Part shown: one piece after another, positions 39,576-50,450 of the stretch | Layout: every line of letters begins with the position of its first letter | Position numbering within the stretch: position 1 is the stretch's first letter | Assembly (NCBI GenBank): GCA_963666285.1 | Contig: OY762711.1 | From: Sedimentisphaerales bacterium | Lineage (GTDB): Bacteria; Planctomycetota; Phycisphaerae; Sedimentisphaerales; SM23-30 | Reading direction: 5' to 3' (one strand) | DNA: 64,000 nucleotides | Position numbers and translations under genes: made by a program | The notes under the pieces: generated by a model | Database searches by the model: none | Told to the model about the DNA's origin: nothing | The model's input: the letters and a program-made list of their open reading frames with translations, nothing else

Positions 39576-42500
39576 ATGGTAAAGAGAGCAATAACACTAT
39601 TAAGCATTCTGCTTATTCCAGCGCAAGTCCTTTATTCGGAAGTATTTGAGCTAAATCCCGGCGACAAGATCCAGACAGCAGTAGATGCCGCAACTGATGG
39701 CGATACAATAATATTGAACCCAGGATCATATACCGGCACAGGTAACTACAATATAGCCATCAAAGGTAAAACACTTACAATCACTACCCCTAACCCACAA
39801 TCAACCAGCCAGTATACAATTATCAGTGCCGGTGGATCAAGCGGTTCGAGAATATTCAAAATAAACCAGGATGAGGATTCCGAAGATACAAACGTTACCC
39901 TGGAAGGTTTGTACCTGTCAGATGCCACGATTCATGCCGTGATATGCGAGGGACTAGACGGAACCAGACCAGAACTCACCATGAGATATTGCAATGTCAG
40001 CAACAGCGGCAACAGTAATATGACCGGTGGAATTGTAGTAAGAAATAGCGGTACTGTAACCCTAAGCGGATGCGCAATAGAAAATAACGAAACCGGCCGC
40101 CTGGCAGCAGGCATATACGCTGAAAACTGCGAGCAGCTAGAAGTAGTAAAAACAGTTATCAGAAATAATACCTGCACTACAAGCGGCTCAATAGGAGGTG
40201 GAATATACATATATAACAGTACGGCCTATTTTGACTACTGTTTTATATACGGAAACTCGACCATAGCACAAGGCGGAGCAGTCTATATAGACAATTCCGG
40301 TTCCAGCGATCTTGAAATAGCTTTTTATAATTGTGTAATAAGCGGCAATTCAGCGAATAGCGGTGGTGGAATATACTCATATGACGTAGCGAATCCTCAA
40401 TTCATTAATTGCATATTTTATGGTAACAAAAATTATGGGCTGGTCTGTAAAAAGAGTAATAGTGAGACATTGACAGCTGAATTAAAAAACTCAATTATAT
40501 GGGCAAACGAAACAGGTCAAATCTATTCTCCCTTGGTTGATATTGACGTATCATATTGCTTTGTTGAAGACGGATACGAAGACGGACGCCACATTTTTAC
40601 AGAAGACCCAGATTTCAAAGAAGTTGGAGAATGGAACGACGATGGTGATACCTGGACCGACCCTTTCGACAGCAGCAACTCTGCATGGCGGCTGAACTTC
40701 ACCTCACCATGTATTGACAGCGGTGACCCAAACTACCTACCGCTTAGCCCGGAAAGCAAGGATATCGACGGAGACGACAGGTTTATCGGCTTTACCGTTG
40801 ACCCCGGCATAGATGAATACAGTGACACAGACACCGGCAAAGTATATAACTCAACCCAGGATAACTGGTATGGCACAATCGAAGAAGCGATGGCCATGGC
40901 ATATGGCGGAGATGAATTACTACTGTCACCAGGGCTATATAACGAATATATCATACTTACATCTGAACTGAACGGTATCACAATATCTGGCTTCAAGCCG
41001 TATAATGACGACTTCAGACAGGGTACTATTATCGACGGCAGCGGTTATAATGAGCCTGTCATACAGCTATTCGAACAGAGTATTGGTGCTGACACTACAA
41101 TAACCGGACTAACAATAAAAGGTGGAATCGGGTTGTCCGATGCATTGCCAGGCGGTTCAGCCGGCGGTGGGATATACTGCAAATACGCATCTCCTACTAT
41201 CAGCCATTGTCGTATCGAGGAAAACTCAGCTGACATTGGAGGAGGAATAGCAGTAATCCAGGCATCTCCTCGGATAACAGGCTGCATCGTAATAAATAAT
41301 ACTTGCGAGGTAAATGGCTCGGGCATAGCTGTAATAAACAATAGCAGCCCCCAAATATCCAACTGTGCTATTAACGAAAACGTCTCCGGTGTTTACGGAG
41401 ATGTCATAACAGGCGGTCTATATTTCGATGAAACATCATACCCGGAAGATAATATAATAAGAAACTGTCTTTTCCGAGAGAACCAGCCACATGGCCTTTA
41501 TTACGAGAACATAGCAGACCTGGAAATTAACAGTACCATCTTTGACAAAAACACTGACCCAAACTTTGTAGTCGACCTGTTTGCAACAAACGACAATATT
41601 ACACTAAATTATTGTGATTTCGTAAACGGCTGGGATGGTCCCGGAATAGAAAATACAGATAGAACAGTAACATTTAATTCAGACTATAAGCCGGAAGTAT
41701 CATACCACATCGATGATTTCATCAACTCTGGCGACCCGGAATATGAACCCGGAGATGACGTTGTTGACATTGACGGCAATCAAAGGAAACTGCATTGCCG
41801 GATCGATATCGGCCCGTATGAAATTGTAGATATTGTTCAATATAACAGAAAAAATGCTGTTATTTATGACAATGATATATATTGCACTATCCAGGAAGCA
41901 ATTGATGAGGCAGAGCCAGACTCGTATATCTCATTATCAAAAGGAATCTATAAAGAAAATGTAATAATTGACAAGGAGGGAATCACCCTTAAAGGAAGTG
42001 CAGTCAGTACTCCTGAAGATATTGAGGAGATTGTAATCGACGGCAGTTATAAGACAATACCAGACCTGACAGACGTTTCAGACCCGAATGATCCAAACTA
42101 CCAAGGCGCAGCCATAACTCTTGCTTACGGACAAGCAAGCGATACGTTATTGCAGTTTATCACCCTTAAGGGCGGCTGGGGCAGTCTTGACAGCAACGGC
42201 AAGCTAAACGGCGGCGGTATAAGCTCTCAGAATAATGACAACATAAGAATTGAAAACTGTGTAATTAAAAACAGCACAGCTGACAATGGCGGAGGAATAT
42301 ACATAAAAGGCAGTGACATGCTACTAATCCTTGAAAACCTTATTTATGGCAACAGTGCAACCGAAAACGGCGGCGGCATAAATATTGTTGACTGTGAAGA
42401 AAGCTACATAGCTAACTGCCAAATAACAAAAAACCAAAGCGATACAGCTTCAGCTTTTTATTCAAGCGAAAGTAAAACATCTATCGATTTCTGTACAATT

Positions 42501-44345
42501 GCTGACAATACAGCAACCAGTGAAGCATTAATTTTGACAGAAAACCCGCTAGAAGATACAGCTATATCCAATAGCATAATCTACAATAACAGTCCGCAGG
42601 ACTTGAAGTCTTCTGGAAACGAATACGATATTATCGCAGAATACTGCTGTATTCCTGGTTATTTAAATGGAAAGAATAATATCAGTGATAATCCTCTATT
42701 CCTCGATACAGAAAATAATAATTATCAATTGAGTGCATATTCTCCATGTGTAAATGCCGCATACCCGGCACCAGAAGAATACCCTTACACAGAAACTTAT
42801 GAAATGTATTATTATAAAAACACACTGCAGGATACAGGTGAGACAAGAATAGCACAAGCCGGAGAAGTGGGTGCCAATGCTCATTATAATCCCAATTACG
42901 ATATGGGTGCTTATGAGGTGCTTGACCTGACAGAAACCCTGGACCATGATATAACACCAGTGGCATTGTATTATGTAATTGACACCACCGAAGAATTCCA
43001 GGGTAATTTCAGCACAATAAGCGATGCTATTAATTCTGCTTCCCATTTTTATTACAATATAATAGAACTGGAACCCGGATTATACGACGAACAGGTGAGG
43101 ATATCGGTTTCCGGAATAACTATCCGCAGTAAAATGGAATCAAAACATCTGGCCATGCCGCTTACTATTATCAAAGCTGAAGATGATGGTGACCCTGCAA
43201 TTATTCTTGATTCCGGACAAGCATGGGATGTAACACTGGAAGGAATGACTATTGTCGGCGGCGGCGGCGATAAGATCAGTTCAGATCCAAACAGCCCTAC
43301 CGGCGGCGGTGGAATTTATAGCATTGATAATTCCGGACTAAACCTGAAATGGTGCACTATCGCACATAATACCGCAGATCTGGGCGGTGGAATAATGTTG
43401 AAATATTGTGACAGCATCAACATGGAACACTGCCTTATCAATAGTAATACAGCAAGCCGCAGACGCGGCGGCGGCATATACCTGGAAAACTGCTTTGATA
43501 TAGATATGAACTACTGCACGATAACATCCAATACGAGCAGCACCGGCGAAGACACTGACACTGACTATACCCAGACAGGCGGCATATATCTTGAAGGGAC
43601 ATATTCAAATGTTAATATAAAGAATAGTATAATATGGAGCAACACCCCTACCAACGTCAACAAACTGGGCCAGGATGACAGCGACATAACGTATGCAAAC
43701 TGTGTTATCCCGGATGCAGAAGGAACAGATATAATAGAGACTAATCCATATTTCGGTAATGCCAGTATTAAGGAATTTCATTTGCGATCACCCGCAGGAA
43801 GATATATGACCTGGTACCGACAATGGACAAAAGATGCAAATACCAACGTCAATAAAAGTCCGGCTATAGATGCTGCGGATGGGACAAGCGAAGAACTGGC
43901 GACTGAATTATTCCCGGCAGGAGCAAACACCAACATTGGAGTTTACGGAGCAAGCCCGGAAGCCTCACTAAGCTACAAACAAGACGTTACTGATTTTGAC
44001 ATTGCTGACATAAACGGTGACTATATTATTGATTATATCGACCTGATTGCCCTTAGTGAAAACTGGCTAAACGTAGACTGTTTCACTAATATAGACAGGG
44101 ATAATGACTGCCTGGTGAGCATGACAGACCTTATCCAGATTGCGGCAAACTGGCAGACAGCAGATGAATTTGGCCAGGCCAATATAAATAATGATGAAGC
44201 TGTAGATATTTCAGACTTTGCTATTCTAACGGAAAACTGGCATAGTTCCGAGACTAACAATACTGCGGACCGTAATCAGGACGGAATTGTTGACCTGACA
44301 GACCTGGAAATAGTAGTCAGTCAATGGCTGGCAACCCAGGAATAA
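39576..44345 (+). CDS. Large secreted right-handed beta-helix repeat protein with C-terminal dockerin/EF-hand-like repeats
   Basis: Four IQxAID-type modules with GGGIY/NxA repeats, SPCIDxG, terminal DINGDxxID...W repeats. Confidence 0.85.
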   Translation: MVKRAITLLSILLIPAQVLYSEVFELNPGDKIQTAVDAATDGDTIILNPGSYTGTGNYNIAIKGKTLTITTPNPQSTSQYTIISAGGSSGSRIFKINQDEDSEDTNVTLEGLYLSDATIHAVICEGLDGTRPELTMRYCNVSNSGNSNMTGGIVVRNSGTVTLSGCAIENNETGRLAAGIYAENCEQLEVVKTVIRNNTCTTSGSIGGGIYIYNSTAYFDYCFIYGNSTIAQGGAVYIDNSGSSDLEIAFYNCVISGNSANSGGGIYSYDVANPQFINCIFYGNKNYGLVCKKSNSETLTAELKNSIIWANETGQIYSPLVDIDVSYCFVEDGYEDGRHIFTEDPDFKEVGEWNDDGDTWTDPFDSSNSAWRLNFTSPCIDSGDPNYLPLSPESKDIDGDDRFIGFTVDPGIDEYSDTDTGKVYNSTQDNWYGTIEEAMAMAYGGDELLLSPGLYNEYIILTSELNGITISGFKPYNDDFRQGTIIDGSGYNEPVIQLFEQSIGADTTITGLTIKGGIGLSDALPGGSAGGGIYCKYASPTISHCRIEENSADIGGGIAVIQASPRITGCIVINNTCEVNGSGIAVINNSSPQISNCAINENVSGVYGDVITGGLYFDETSYPEDNIIRNCLFRENQPHGLYYENIADLEINSTIFDKNTDPNFVVDLFATNDNITLNYCDFVNGWDGPGIENTDRTVTFNSDYKPEVSYHIDDFINSGDPEYEPGDDVVDIDGNQRKLHCRIDIGPYEIVDIVQYNRKNAVIYDNDIYCTIQEAIDEAEPDSYISLSKGIYKENVIIDKEGITLKGSAVSTPEDIEEIVIDGSYKTIPDLTDVSDPNDPNYQGAAITLAYGQASDTLLQFITLKGGWGSLDSNGKLNGGGISSQNNDNIRIENCVIKNSTADNGGGIYIKGSDMLLILENLIYGNSATENGGGINIVDCEESYIANCQITKNQSDTASAFYSSESKTSIDFCTIADNTATSEALILTENPLEDTAISNSIIYNNSPQDLKSSGNEYDIIAEYCCIPGYLNGKNNISDNPLFLDTENNNYQLSAYSPCVNAAYPAPEEYPYTETYEMYYYKNTLQDTGETRIAQAGEVGANAHYNPNYDMGAYEVLDLTETLDHDITPVALYYVIDTTEEFQGNFSTISDAINSASHFYYNIIELEPGLYDEQVRISVSGITIRSKMESKHLAMPLTIIKAEDDGDPAIILDSGQAWDVTLEGMTIVGGGGDKISSDPNSPTGGGGIYSIDNSGLNLKWCTIAHNTADLGGGIMLKYCDSINMEHCLINSNTASRRRGGGIYLENCFDIDMNYCTITSNTSSTGEDTDTDYTQTGGIYLEGTYSNVNIKNSIIWSNTPTNVNKLGQDDSDITYANCVIPDAEGTDIIETNPYFGNASIKEFHLRSPAGRYMTWYRQWTKDANTNVNKSPAIDAADGTSEELATELFPAGANTNIGVYGASPEASLSYKQDVTDFDIADINGDYIIDYIDLIALSENWLNVDCFTNIDRDNDCLVSMTDLIQIAANWQTADEFGQANINNDEAVDISDFAILTENWHSSETNNTADRNQDGIVDLTDLEIVVSQWLATQE

Positions 44346-44434
44346 GTAAAAACAAAGTCGTGAACCGAACTAACACATAACAGAAAACAATTAATAAGAA
44401 CAAAAATAGCGGCTACATTGCCATCCCGACTAAT

Positions 44435-45619
44435 ATGAATTTTGACATAACAAACGAAATATTTATAACCTGTGGAATCGGACTAAGTAAATACCTTGAA
44501 GGTGAGCTTGATTCCCTGGGATTTGACATATTAAAAGAAACCGGTACCGGCGTTACAGTTGAAGGTACACTATACGATGCAATGCTTCTTAATTTGTATC
44601 TTCGTTCGGCACTAAACGTATTTTACCTGCTGGACGAGTTTGAGTGTAACGGCTGCGAACAGCTGTATCGAATAACAAAAGAGCTGCCCTGGGAAAATAT
44701 TATACCAGCCAACAGCTATTTTTCCGTTACCAGCCGGGTAGACCACAAATCTGTAAAGAATACAATGTATCCGAACCTTAAGATCAAGGATGCAGTTGTA
44801 GATCGGATATTTGACAGGCTAAGCGAGCGGCCAAATTCCGGTCCGGACCGCCATAAGGTAGTGTTATATTTATTCTGGAAAGATAATATTGCCTCACTAT
44901 ACCTTAACACCTCCGGCAAGAAAATATCTGATCGCGGCTACCGGCGGATCCCTCATAAAGCGCCGCTGCGAGAAAACCTAGCATGGGCAATGATAAAAGA
45001 ATCCGGCTATGACGGCAGTGTACCATTTGTTGCCCCGATGTGTGGAAGTGGTACATTAGCAATTGAAGCTGCGTTAATAGCTTCCGGGCGTATACCGGGG
45101 CTTCTTAGAGATAATTATAGTTTTATGCACTATAAGGATTTTGACAATGAACACTGGCAGAATATGAGACTGAAGGCGAAAAAAGCCGGCAGTAAAAACA
45201 AACCGGCACCAATTATCGCAACCGATATAGATCCACTGGCGGTAGAAGCAGCCCAAAAGAATGCGATGACAGCCGGAGTAGAGCAATATATCGAGTTTAA
45301 GACCTGTGATTTTGCCGAAACTTCGATGCCTGAACAGCCGGGCATAATCATGCTGAACCCTGAATACGGTAAACGACTGGGCGATATCAAAAAGCTGGAA
45401 CCAGAGTATAAGCGTTTGGGCGATTTTTTCAAATCCAACTGTCCCGGCTATATGGGCTATATTTTTACCGGCAACCCACAACTGGCTAAGAAAGTTGGGC
45501 TAAAGACCAAACGTAAGATCCCATTTTTTAATGCAGATATGGAATGCCGACTGCTGGAATATGAGCTGTATTCTGGAACGCGAAAAACTACTCTTCAGGA
45601 TGCATCCGATGAACAATAA
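44435..45619 (+). CDS. THUMP-domain rRNA methyltransferase (RlmL-like)
   Basis: RGYR, APLRENLA, PMCGSGTLAIEAA, NPEYG. Confidence 0.9.
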   Translation: MNFDITNEIFITCGIGLSKYLEGELDSLGFDILKETGTGVTVEGTLYDAMLLNLYLRSALNVFYLLDEFECNGCEQLYRITKELPWENIIPANSYFSVTSRVDHKSVKNTMYPNLKIKDAVVDRIFDRLSERPNSGPDRHKVVLYLFWKDNIASLYLNTSGKKISDRGYRRIPHKAPLRENLAWAMIKESGYDGSVPFVAPMCGSGTLAIEAALIASGRIPGLLRDNYSFMHYKDFDNEHWQNMRLKAKKAGSKNKPAPIIATDIDPLAVEAAQKNAMTAGVEQYIEFKTCDFAETSMPEQPGIIMLNPEYGKRLGDIKKLEPEYKRLGDFFKSNCPGYMGYIFTGNPQLAKKVGLKTKRKIPFFNADMECRLLEYELYSGTRKTTLQDASDEQ

Positions 45620-45645
45620 TTGATACGATTATCAATACCGATTTT

Positions 45646-46425
45646 TTACAATTTATATGATATGCCGGTAAAAATTGAAAGGGAATGATCATCATCAACC
45701 AGCGGGCTATCAGAGATTTCATCAGCCATAAACGTTATTCCAACGGCATTAAACCATGACCATCTATCGTTAATTTTATAGTTCAGGCTGGCTCCTAATA
45801 GATAATTAAAACCGCCGCCGGCGTTATATGCCGGGCGACCAGAGCGAGCTTCATCATTTCTTACCCCGAAATAATAATCGTTTAGATTTTCACTTCTCCA
45901 GCTTGCACCCGCTGTCAGGTTTAAGGATAGATTTTCATTATTGAATATCGCAGGTATGCGTTCAGATATACTCAAGCTCAGTTCATAACCATCATGCTCG
46001 GACATAACATCTGTCATCGCATCGAAACTAACAGCATATTTACCCATGAAACTATATTCAGCTAATATTCCCGCCTCTAATGTCGGACGCCTTGGATCCA
46101 TACCATCATAATAGTCACTCTCATCATCATCGATATATTCCAGCCTGCCACCGATCTGAGCAGCAAGTTTGAAACCTTCCCGGCTTCCAATCAGCCATTT
46201 ACCAGCAGTTAAACCTTTCAGATAATAGTCTTCCGACAAATATACGACATTGGGTACAGGAATAACCCTGGTATCTTCATCCTTATAGACAGAATCAGAA
46301 AATACCGCACCTGCGCCAATGGCAAAATAAGGCAAATCATTATTTTTTGATTCGGCTTCATCCTGCGCAATCCCGTGTGATGAACAAACACAAACCATAA
46401 CAGCTATTAAAATTTTATTTATCAT
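45646..46425 (-). CDS. MipA/OmpV family outer-membrane protein
   Basis: DYYFGV, ISDSPLV, terminal YKL. Confidence 0.88.
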   Translation of the reverse strand: MINKILIAVMVCVCSSHGIAQDEAESKNNDLPYFAIGAGAVFSDSVYKDEDTRVIPVPNVVYLSEDYYLKGLTAGKWLIGSREGFKLAAQIGGRLEYIDDDESDYYDGMDPRRPTLEAGILAEYSFMGKYAVSFDAMTDVMSEHDGYELSLSISERIPAIFNNENLSLNLTAGASWRSENLNDYYFGVRNDEARSGRPAYNAGGGFNYLLGASLNYKINDRWSWFNAVGITFMADEISDSPLVDDDHSLSIFTGISYKL

Positions 46426-46452
46426 ATTCTACACACTCCAATATAAATTATG

Positions 46453-47169
46453 CTATTTACTCTTAAATTTCGCATCTTCAGATAGTTCACCAAGATCTTT
46501 TAACGCGTTAAATGCAGCAAGCTGCTCAGCCTCTTTTTTACTTGGCCCCCAGGCAGAATCAAATCTTCTGCGGTCGATGATAACCCCAACCTCGAAACAT
46601 TTGCTATGGTCAGGGCCTTTCTCATCAAGAATCTCATAATAAGGAGTTGAGCCAAACATTCGCTGGGAATACTGCTGCAGCATGCTCTTGTAGTTGTCCT
46701 GCGGCTTGCGGGCGTCAGCATTGTCCAGCAGATCGCCCATACATTTGATAATAAACTTTCGGCTGCTCTCGTAGCCACCATCAAGATAAATTGCACCAAT
46801 CACCGATTCAAAAGCTCCCGCGGAACAGGACATTGGCAAAGTCCGCTGACTGGTCATCCCCTTGCCCATAACCATATAGTCGGTAAGATTTATATCCTGG
46901 GCCACTCTCGCACAAGTTCGGCGTGAGACAAGCATACTCTTTACCTTGGTAAGTTCACCCTCGAGATATTCTGGAAATCGGTTGAACAACTCTTCGCAAA
47001 CCGTTACACCCAGTATCGCATCACCAAGGAATTCTAGTCTTTCATTACTATCTAGCCGCCTATCGGAAGCAGATGCATGACGCAATGCTTTTTCCAATAG
47101 TGAAACATCTTTGAATTGATAATCAATAACCTCTTGAAACAGGTCTATTTTATTTGTTTCAGTATCCAT
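46453..47169 (-). CDS. rnc: Ribonuclease III (start likely MDTET at 47169)
   Basis: NERLEFLGDAIL signature; C-terminal dsRBD. Confidence 0.97.
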   Translation of the reverse strand: MDTETNKIDLFQEVIDYQFKDVSLLEKALRHASASDRRLDSNERLEFLGDAILGVTVCEELFNRFPEYLEGELTKVKSMLVSRRTCARVAQDINLTDYMVMGKGMTSQRTLPMSCSAGAFESVIGAIYLDGGYESSRKFIIKCMGDLLDNADARKPQDNYKSMLQQYSQRMFGSTPYYEILDEKGPDHSKCFEVGVIIDRRRFDSAWGPSKKEAEQLAAFNALKDLGELSEDAKFKSK

Positions 47170-47782
47170 TATTTCTAACTCCGGATTCTGACTCTTGACC
47201 TGTAACGGAAAAGGCCTGGAATAGCCCCTTGGCATAATAAAAATTATACCCAGGCCTGTTGCGTTAAAAGTCGTTCGTCATATGCAAAAAACTCACTGGC
47301 GGTCAAGCCAATATTATCAACAAAATATTACTAACATAGCAAAGCTTTGTCAATCTTTTTGAACTATTCACTATTTTCGGCAAAAAACACTGCCCAACTT
47401 TCACATAAAACTACTAAAGTGCAAAAAGCGAGATAACCATTTATTTTACAAACAGTTAAGTAAATACCGAGCTTACAAAAATGTCAATATAAAGCTATTA
47501 TCAACTTAGGAGCAAATACCAAAAATGATAAAAACGGGAACATTTACAGCTAATATCGGTCTAATAGAATCATACAATAAAATCCATATCAGCAAAAACA
47601 TTATCAGCTATATAGCTCAAACTAATCAATGGGAACCTGAATGGACTTTGGCACCAGATTACACTAAAGTGACGGCTGGCAACTATATTTGAATAAAAAA
47701 CAATTGATACCTCAGGTTTATACTGATAGAATAATTTTGTGTTTATGATTCTTATTTTAATTTTGGCTTCGAGAAAACTAAT

Positions 47783-49021
47783 ATGAAAAGACTGTTAACA
47801 ATTGCATTATTATTACTAACGTTTTTTGAGGCAGGTTCTCTATCTGCAGCCCTTCCGGAGGGAAAAATCAATCTGCAAGTTCTTTATGTTGGTTTGCCCG
47901 ATACTGACCGTACCAAAAGCTTCAAATCTCTACTGGAAGAGCATTTCACCAAAGTAGCTATTGCCGATTATAACACATTCCAGGAAAGCCAGACGGCAGG
48001 TGCAGATGTGGTTATCCTGGACAAAGACGGTGTAGAGTGGAAAGAGCTGAACATATCATTATCTGACGAATACAGTAAGCCTACTATAACAATCGGCACT
48101 CCGGGTGCTTTCTGGTGTCACCATAAAAACCTTAAAATAAGGTATATGTGAAACTGTTTAAGAGATGCGGCTCATGTTGAGTCGCTTGAGCATGCTGTTT
48201 TTAACCAGCCATATAAAATTAAATTTGAATGGGAAACTGTCAACACCCCGGAATCTTATAAGAAACACAAGCCGGACAATGTAACGCTGGGCGAAAAGAT
48301 GAAAATCTGGCAGATTCAGGATTCCGGGAAAGGTGCCGGCAGCGGCGGAACCGTATCATATGCAATTGAACCGGGAATAGACAGCATAGATGCCGAGCAG
48401 ATAATGTATGGATATGCACCGGGCAAGGCATATACTGCAACCGCTATCCTACGACATGGCAATTTCCTGCAATGGGGATACAGCTGCGAACCGGCTAGAA
48501 TGACCGAATCCGGGAGACGGCTGTTTATTAACTGTATTGTATATATTGCTAATTTTAACGGTAAGAAACCTTTTGTTACCAACCAATGCCAATCTCCGGA
48601 TAAAGTAATAACTTATATTGGATATCGAATAACAGGCAATCGCAGTCTGGATGTATATTGCCCAAAGGAAATGATTGATAAGTTTTCGCCCTCTGAACTG
48701 ATAAAAGAATACAAAAACAATAAAAGCATGTTCTATAAAGACGAAAACAACCTCTACTGTATTGATTATGAGCTTAAAGAACTTGGCTTTCCGAGCAATA
48801 GCGAAATTAACAATCTGGATATTTTTATCGACATGCTAAAAGACAATGAAAAAGCACAAACCGGGAAAAAAATGCTGCAGCGATATACCGGCAAAGAGTT
48901 TGATACATATAAAGACGCAAAAGAATGGCTCGACACAAACCGGGAATACCTGTTGTTTATACCAAGGTGTAATTATAAATTTGTTGTGCTGCCGGACAAA
49001 GTGGAAAAACTGCTAAAATAA
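47783..49021 (+). CDS. Predicted 412-aa secreted selenoprotein with YM-U-NCL (UxC) motif (joins ORFs 47783..48151 and 48299..49021)
   Basis: TGA 48149-48151 is followed by 49 open codons NCLRDAAHVESLEHAVFNQPY... in frame; SECIS hairpin 48167-48185. Confidence 0.8.
48155..48192 (+). promoter_or_regulatory. SECIS element
   Basis: GCGGCTCA-[TGT]-TGAGTCGC 8-bp upper stem 15 nt after UGA; lower stem TGTTTAA/TTGAGCA. Confidence 0.72.
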
Positions 49022-49047
49022 GTTAATTATAAAAGGGGATTGCAGTT

Positions 49048-49692
49048 ATGGGATATATAATAGTAATAATAATTACAATAGTGTTAAGTATCGTGGTAAT
49101 GTCTGGATGCAAGAAAGATGATGAACATACTAACACTAAACCATACAATTCCCAGACAGTGGAACCAGTCAGAATCAAAGACATTGAGATTACTAGAGAG
49201 AAAATATCAAAAAAATTAGCAAATCTTAAGGCACCGTTAAAAAGAGAACAAATAATAACCGCCATGTGCTATGCAGTAGCAGCACCTCCTAAAACAGCTG
49301 AATATATCTGCCCTGAATGCGGCTATAAAACTCAATATTCCTATGATGCGAGCGAATCTAATACCGGTAACCGTTATAACACTATCACAACAATTGCCTG
49401 GGAAATTGATACTTGCCGCAGGTATATTGAGATGATTAATCAAACCGAAATATCACTTGACGAATCGCAGTTTTGTTCACACTGTTCGCCAGAAATAAAT
49501 GAGCCCAAACTGGTTCTGGTAATCGAATATCCCGACCTGAAATATCGTTACGAGAATATACAATCAGCAGACCTTGAGCTGATATTAGACTTTTTAACCG
49601 GCAAAGAACTTGATGATGAAAACCAGCCAATATATGACAAGAAAAAACATTTGAGTGAATTATTAGGTATTGAACCAGAGGGGAAAAAATGA
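49048..49692 (+). CDS. Lipoprotein with AMCY motif and split CxxC/CxxC (paralogue 1)
   Basis: MSG-C lipobox; TAMCY...EYICPECG...LDESQFCSHCSP. Confidence 0.75.
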   Translation: MGYIIVIIITIVLSIVVMSGCKKDDEHTNTKPYNSQTVEPVRIKDIEITREKISKKLANLKAPLKREQIITAMCYAVAAPPKTAEYICPECGYKTQYSYDASESNTGNRYNTITTIAWEIDTCRRYIEMINQTEISLDESQFCSHCSPEINEPKLVLVIEYPDLKYRYENIQSADLELILDFLTGKELDDENQPIYDKKKHLSELLGIEPEGKK

Positions 49693-50447
49693 TTTATATA
49701 ATCGGTTTTATCGCTACTGTTTTTTTGAGCATAATAATATTTTCCGGATGTAAAACTAATACAAACCCCAATACCCATCGCAATAGGGATACAAACACCA
49801 CATTAGCTAAACCAGAAAATAACAATTCTTTCACAATAATAGAAATAGCAAAAAAACTTAAAAATCTTAAAGAACCTTCTGAATACCGAGAAACAAGATC
49901 TGCTATGTGTTACTACACAGCAGGTCCACCAACTGCTTCTGAATATATTTGTCCTACCTGTGGCAACAAAACATTATATACCTTAGAAGATTATCAAGAT
50001 AGAATCAATTCTTCTCTTGCTATCGATAATAATTTAACTCTATATAACATCACCACAATGATTGGAGGAGAAATTGCATCTTGTCATCGCTATATTGAAA
50101 TAATCAGCAAACCAGAGATATCATTAGATGAATCTCAATTTTGTTTACATTGTTCCCCTGGAACAGTAACTCCTCAACTGGTACTAGTAATCAAATACTC
50201 CCAAAAAGAACATCGTTATGCCGGAGTAACCAGTGAAGATTTCAATCTTCTTTCTAAGTTTTTTGAAGGTAGTGAATTATATTATGAAGACTGCCATGTG
50301 TTGGATTGTAAAAAACATTTGGCGAAATTATTAGGCGTCGATCTTTTATTGTTATCAGAAGAAAGAGAGTTGCAAAGCCAGAATTCTACTATCGAAGATT
50401 TCAATAAGCACTTAAATGAAATGTTAAAATTCAAGGAAACAGAATAG
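49689..50447 (+). CDS. Lipoprotein with AMCY motif and split CxxC/CxxC (paralogue 2)
   Basis: FSG-C lipobox; SAMCY...EYICPTCG...LDESQFCLHCSP. Confidence 0.75.
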   Translation: MIYIIGFIATVFLSIIIFSGCKTNTNPNTHRNRDTNTTLAKPENNNSFTIIEIAKKLKNLKEPSEYRETRSAMCYYTAGPPTASEYICPTCGNKTLYTLEDYQDRINSSLAIDNNLTLYNITTMIGGEIASCHRYIEIISKPEISLDESQFCLHCSPGTVTPQLVLVIKYSQKEHRYAGVTSEDFNLLSKFFEGSELYYEDCHVLDCKKHLAKLLGVDLLLLSEERELQSQNSTIEDFNKHLNEMLKFKETE

Positions 50448-50450
50448 ATA

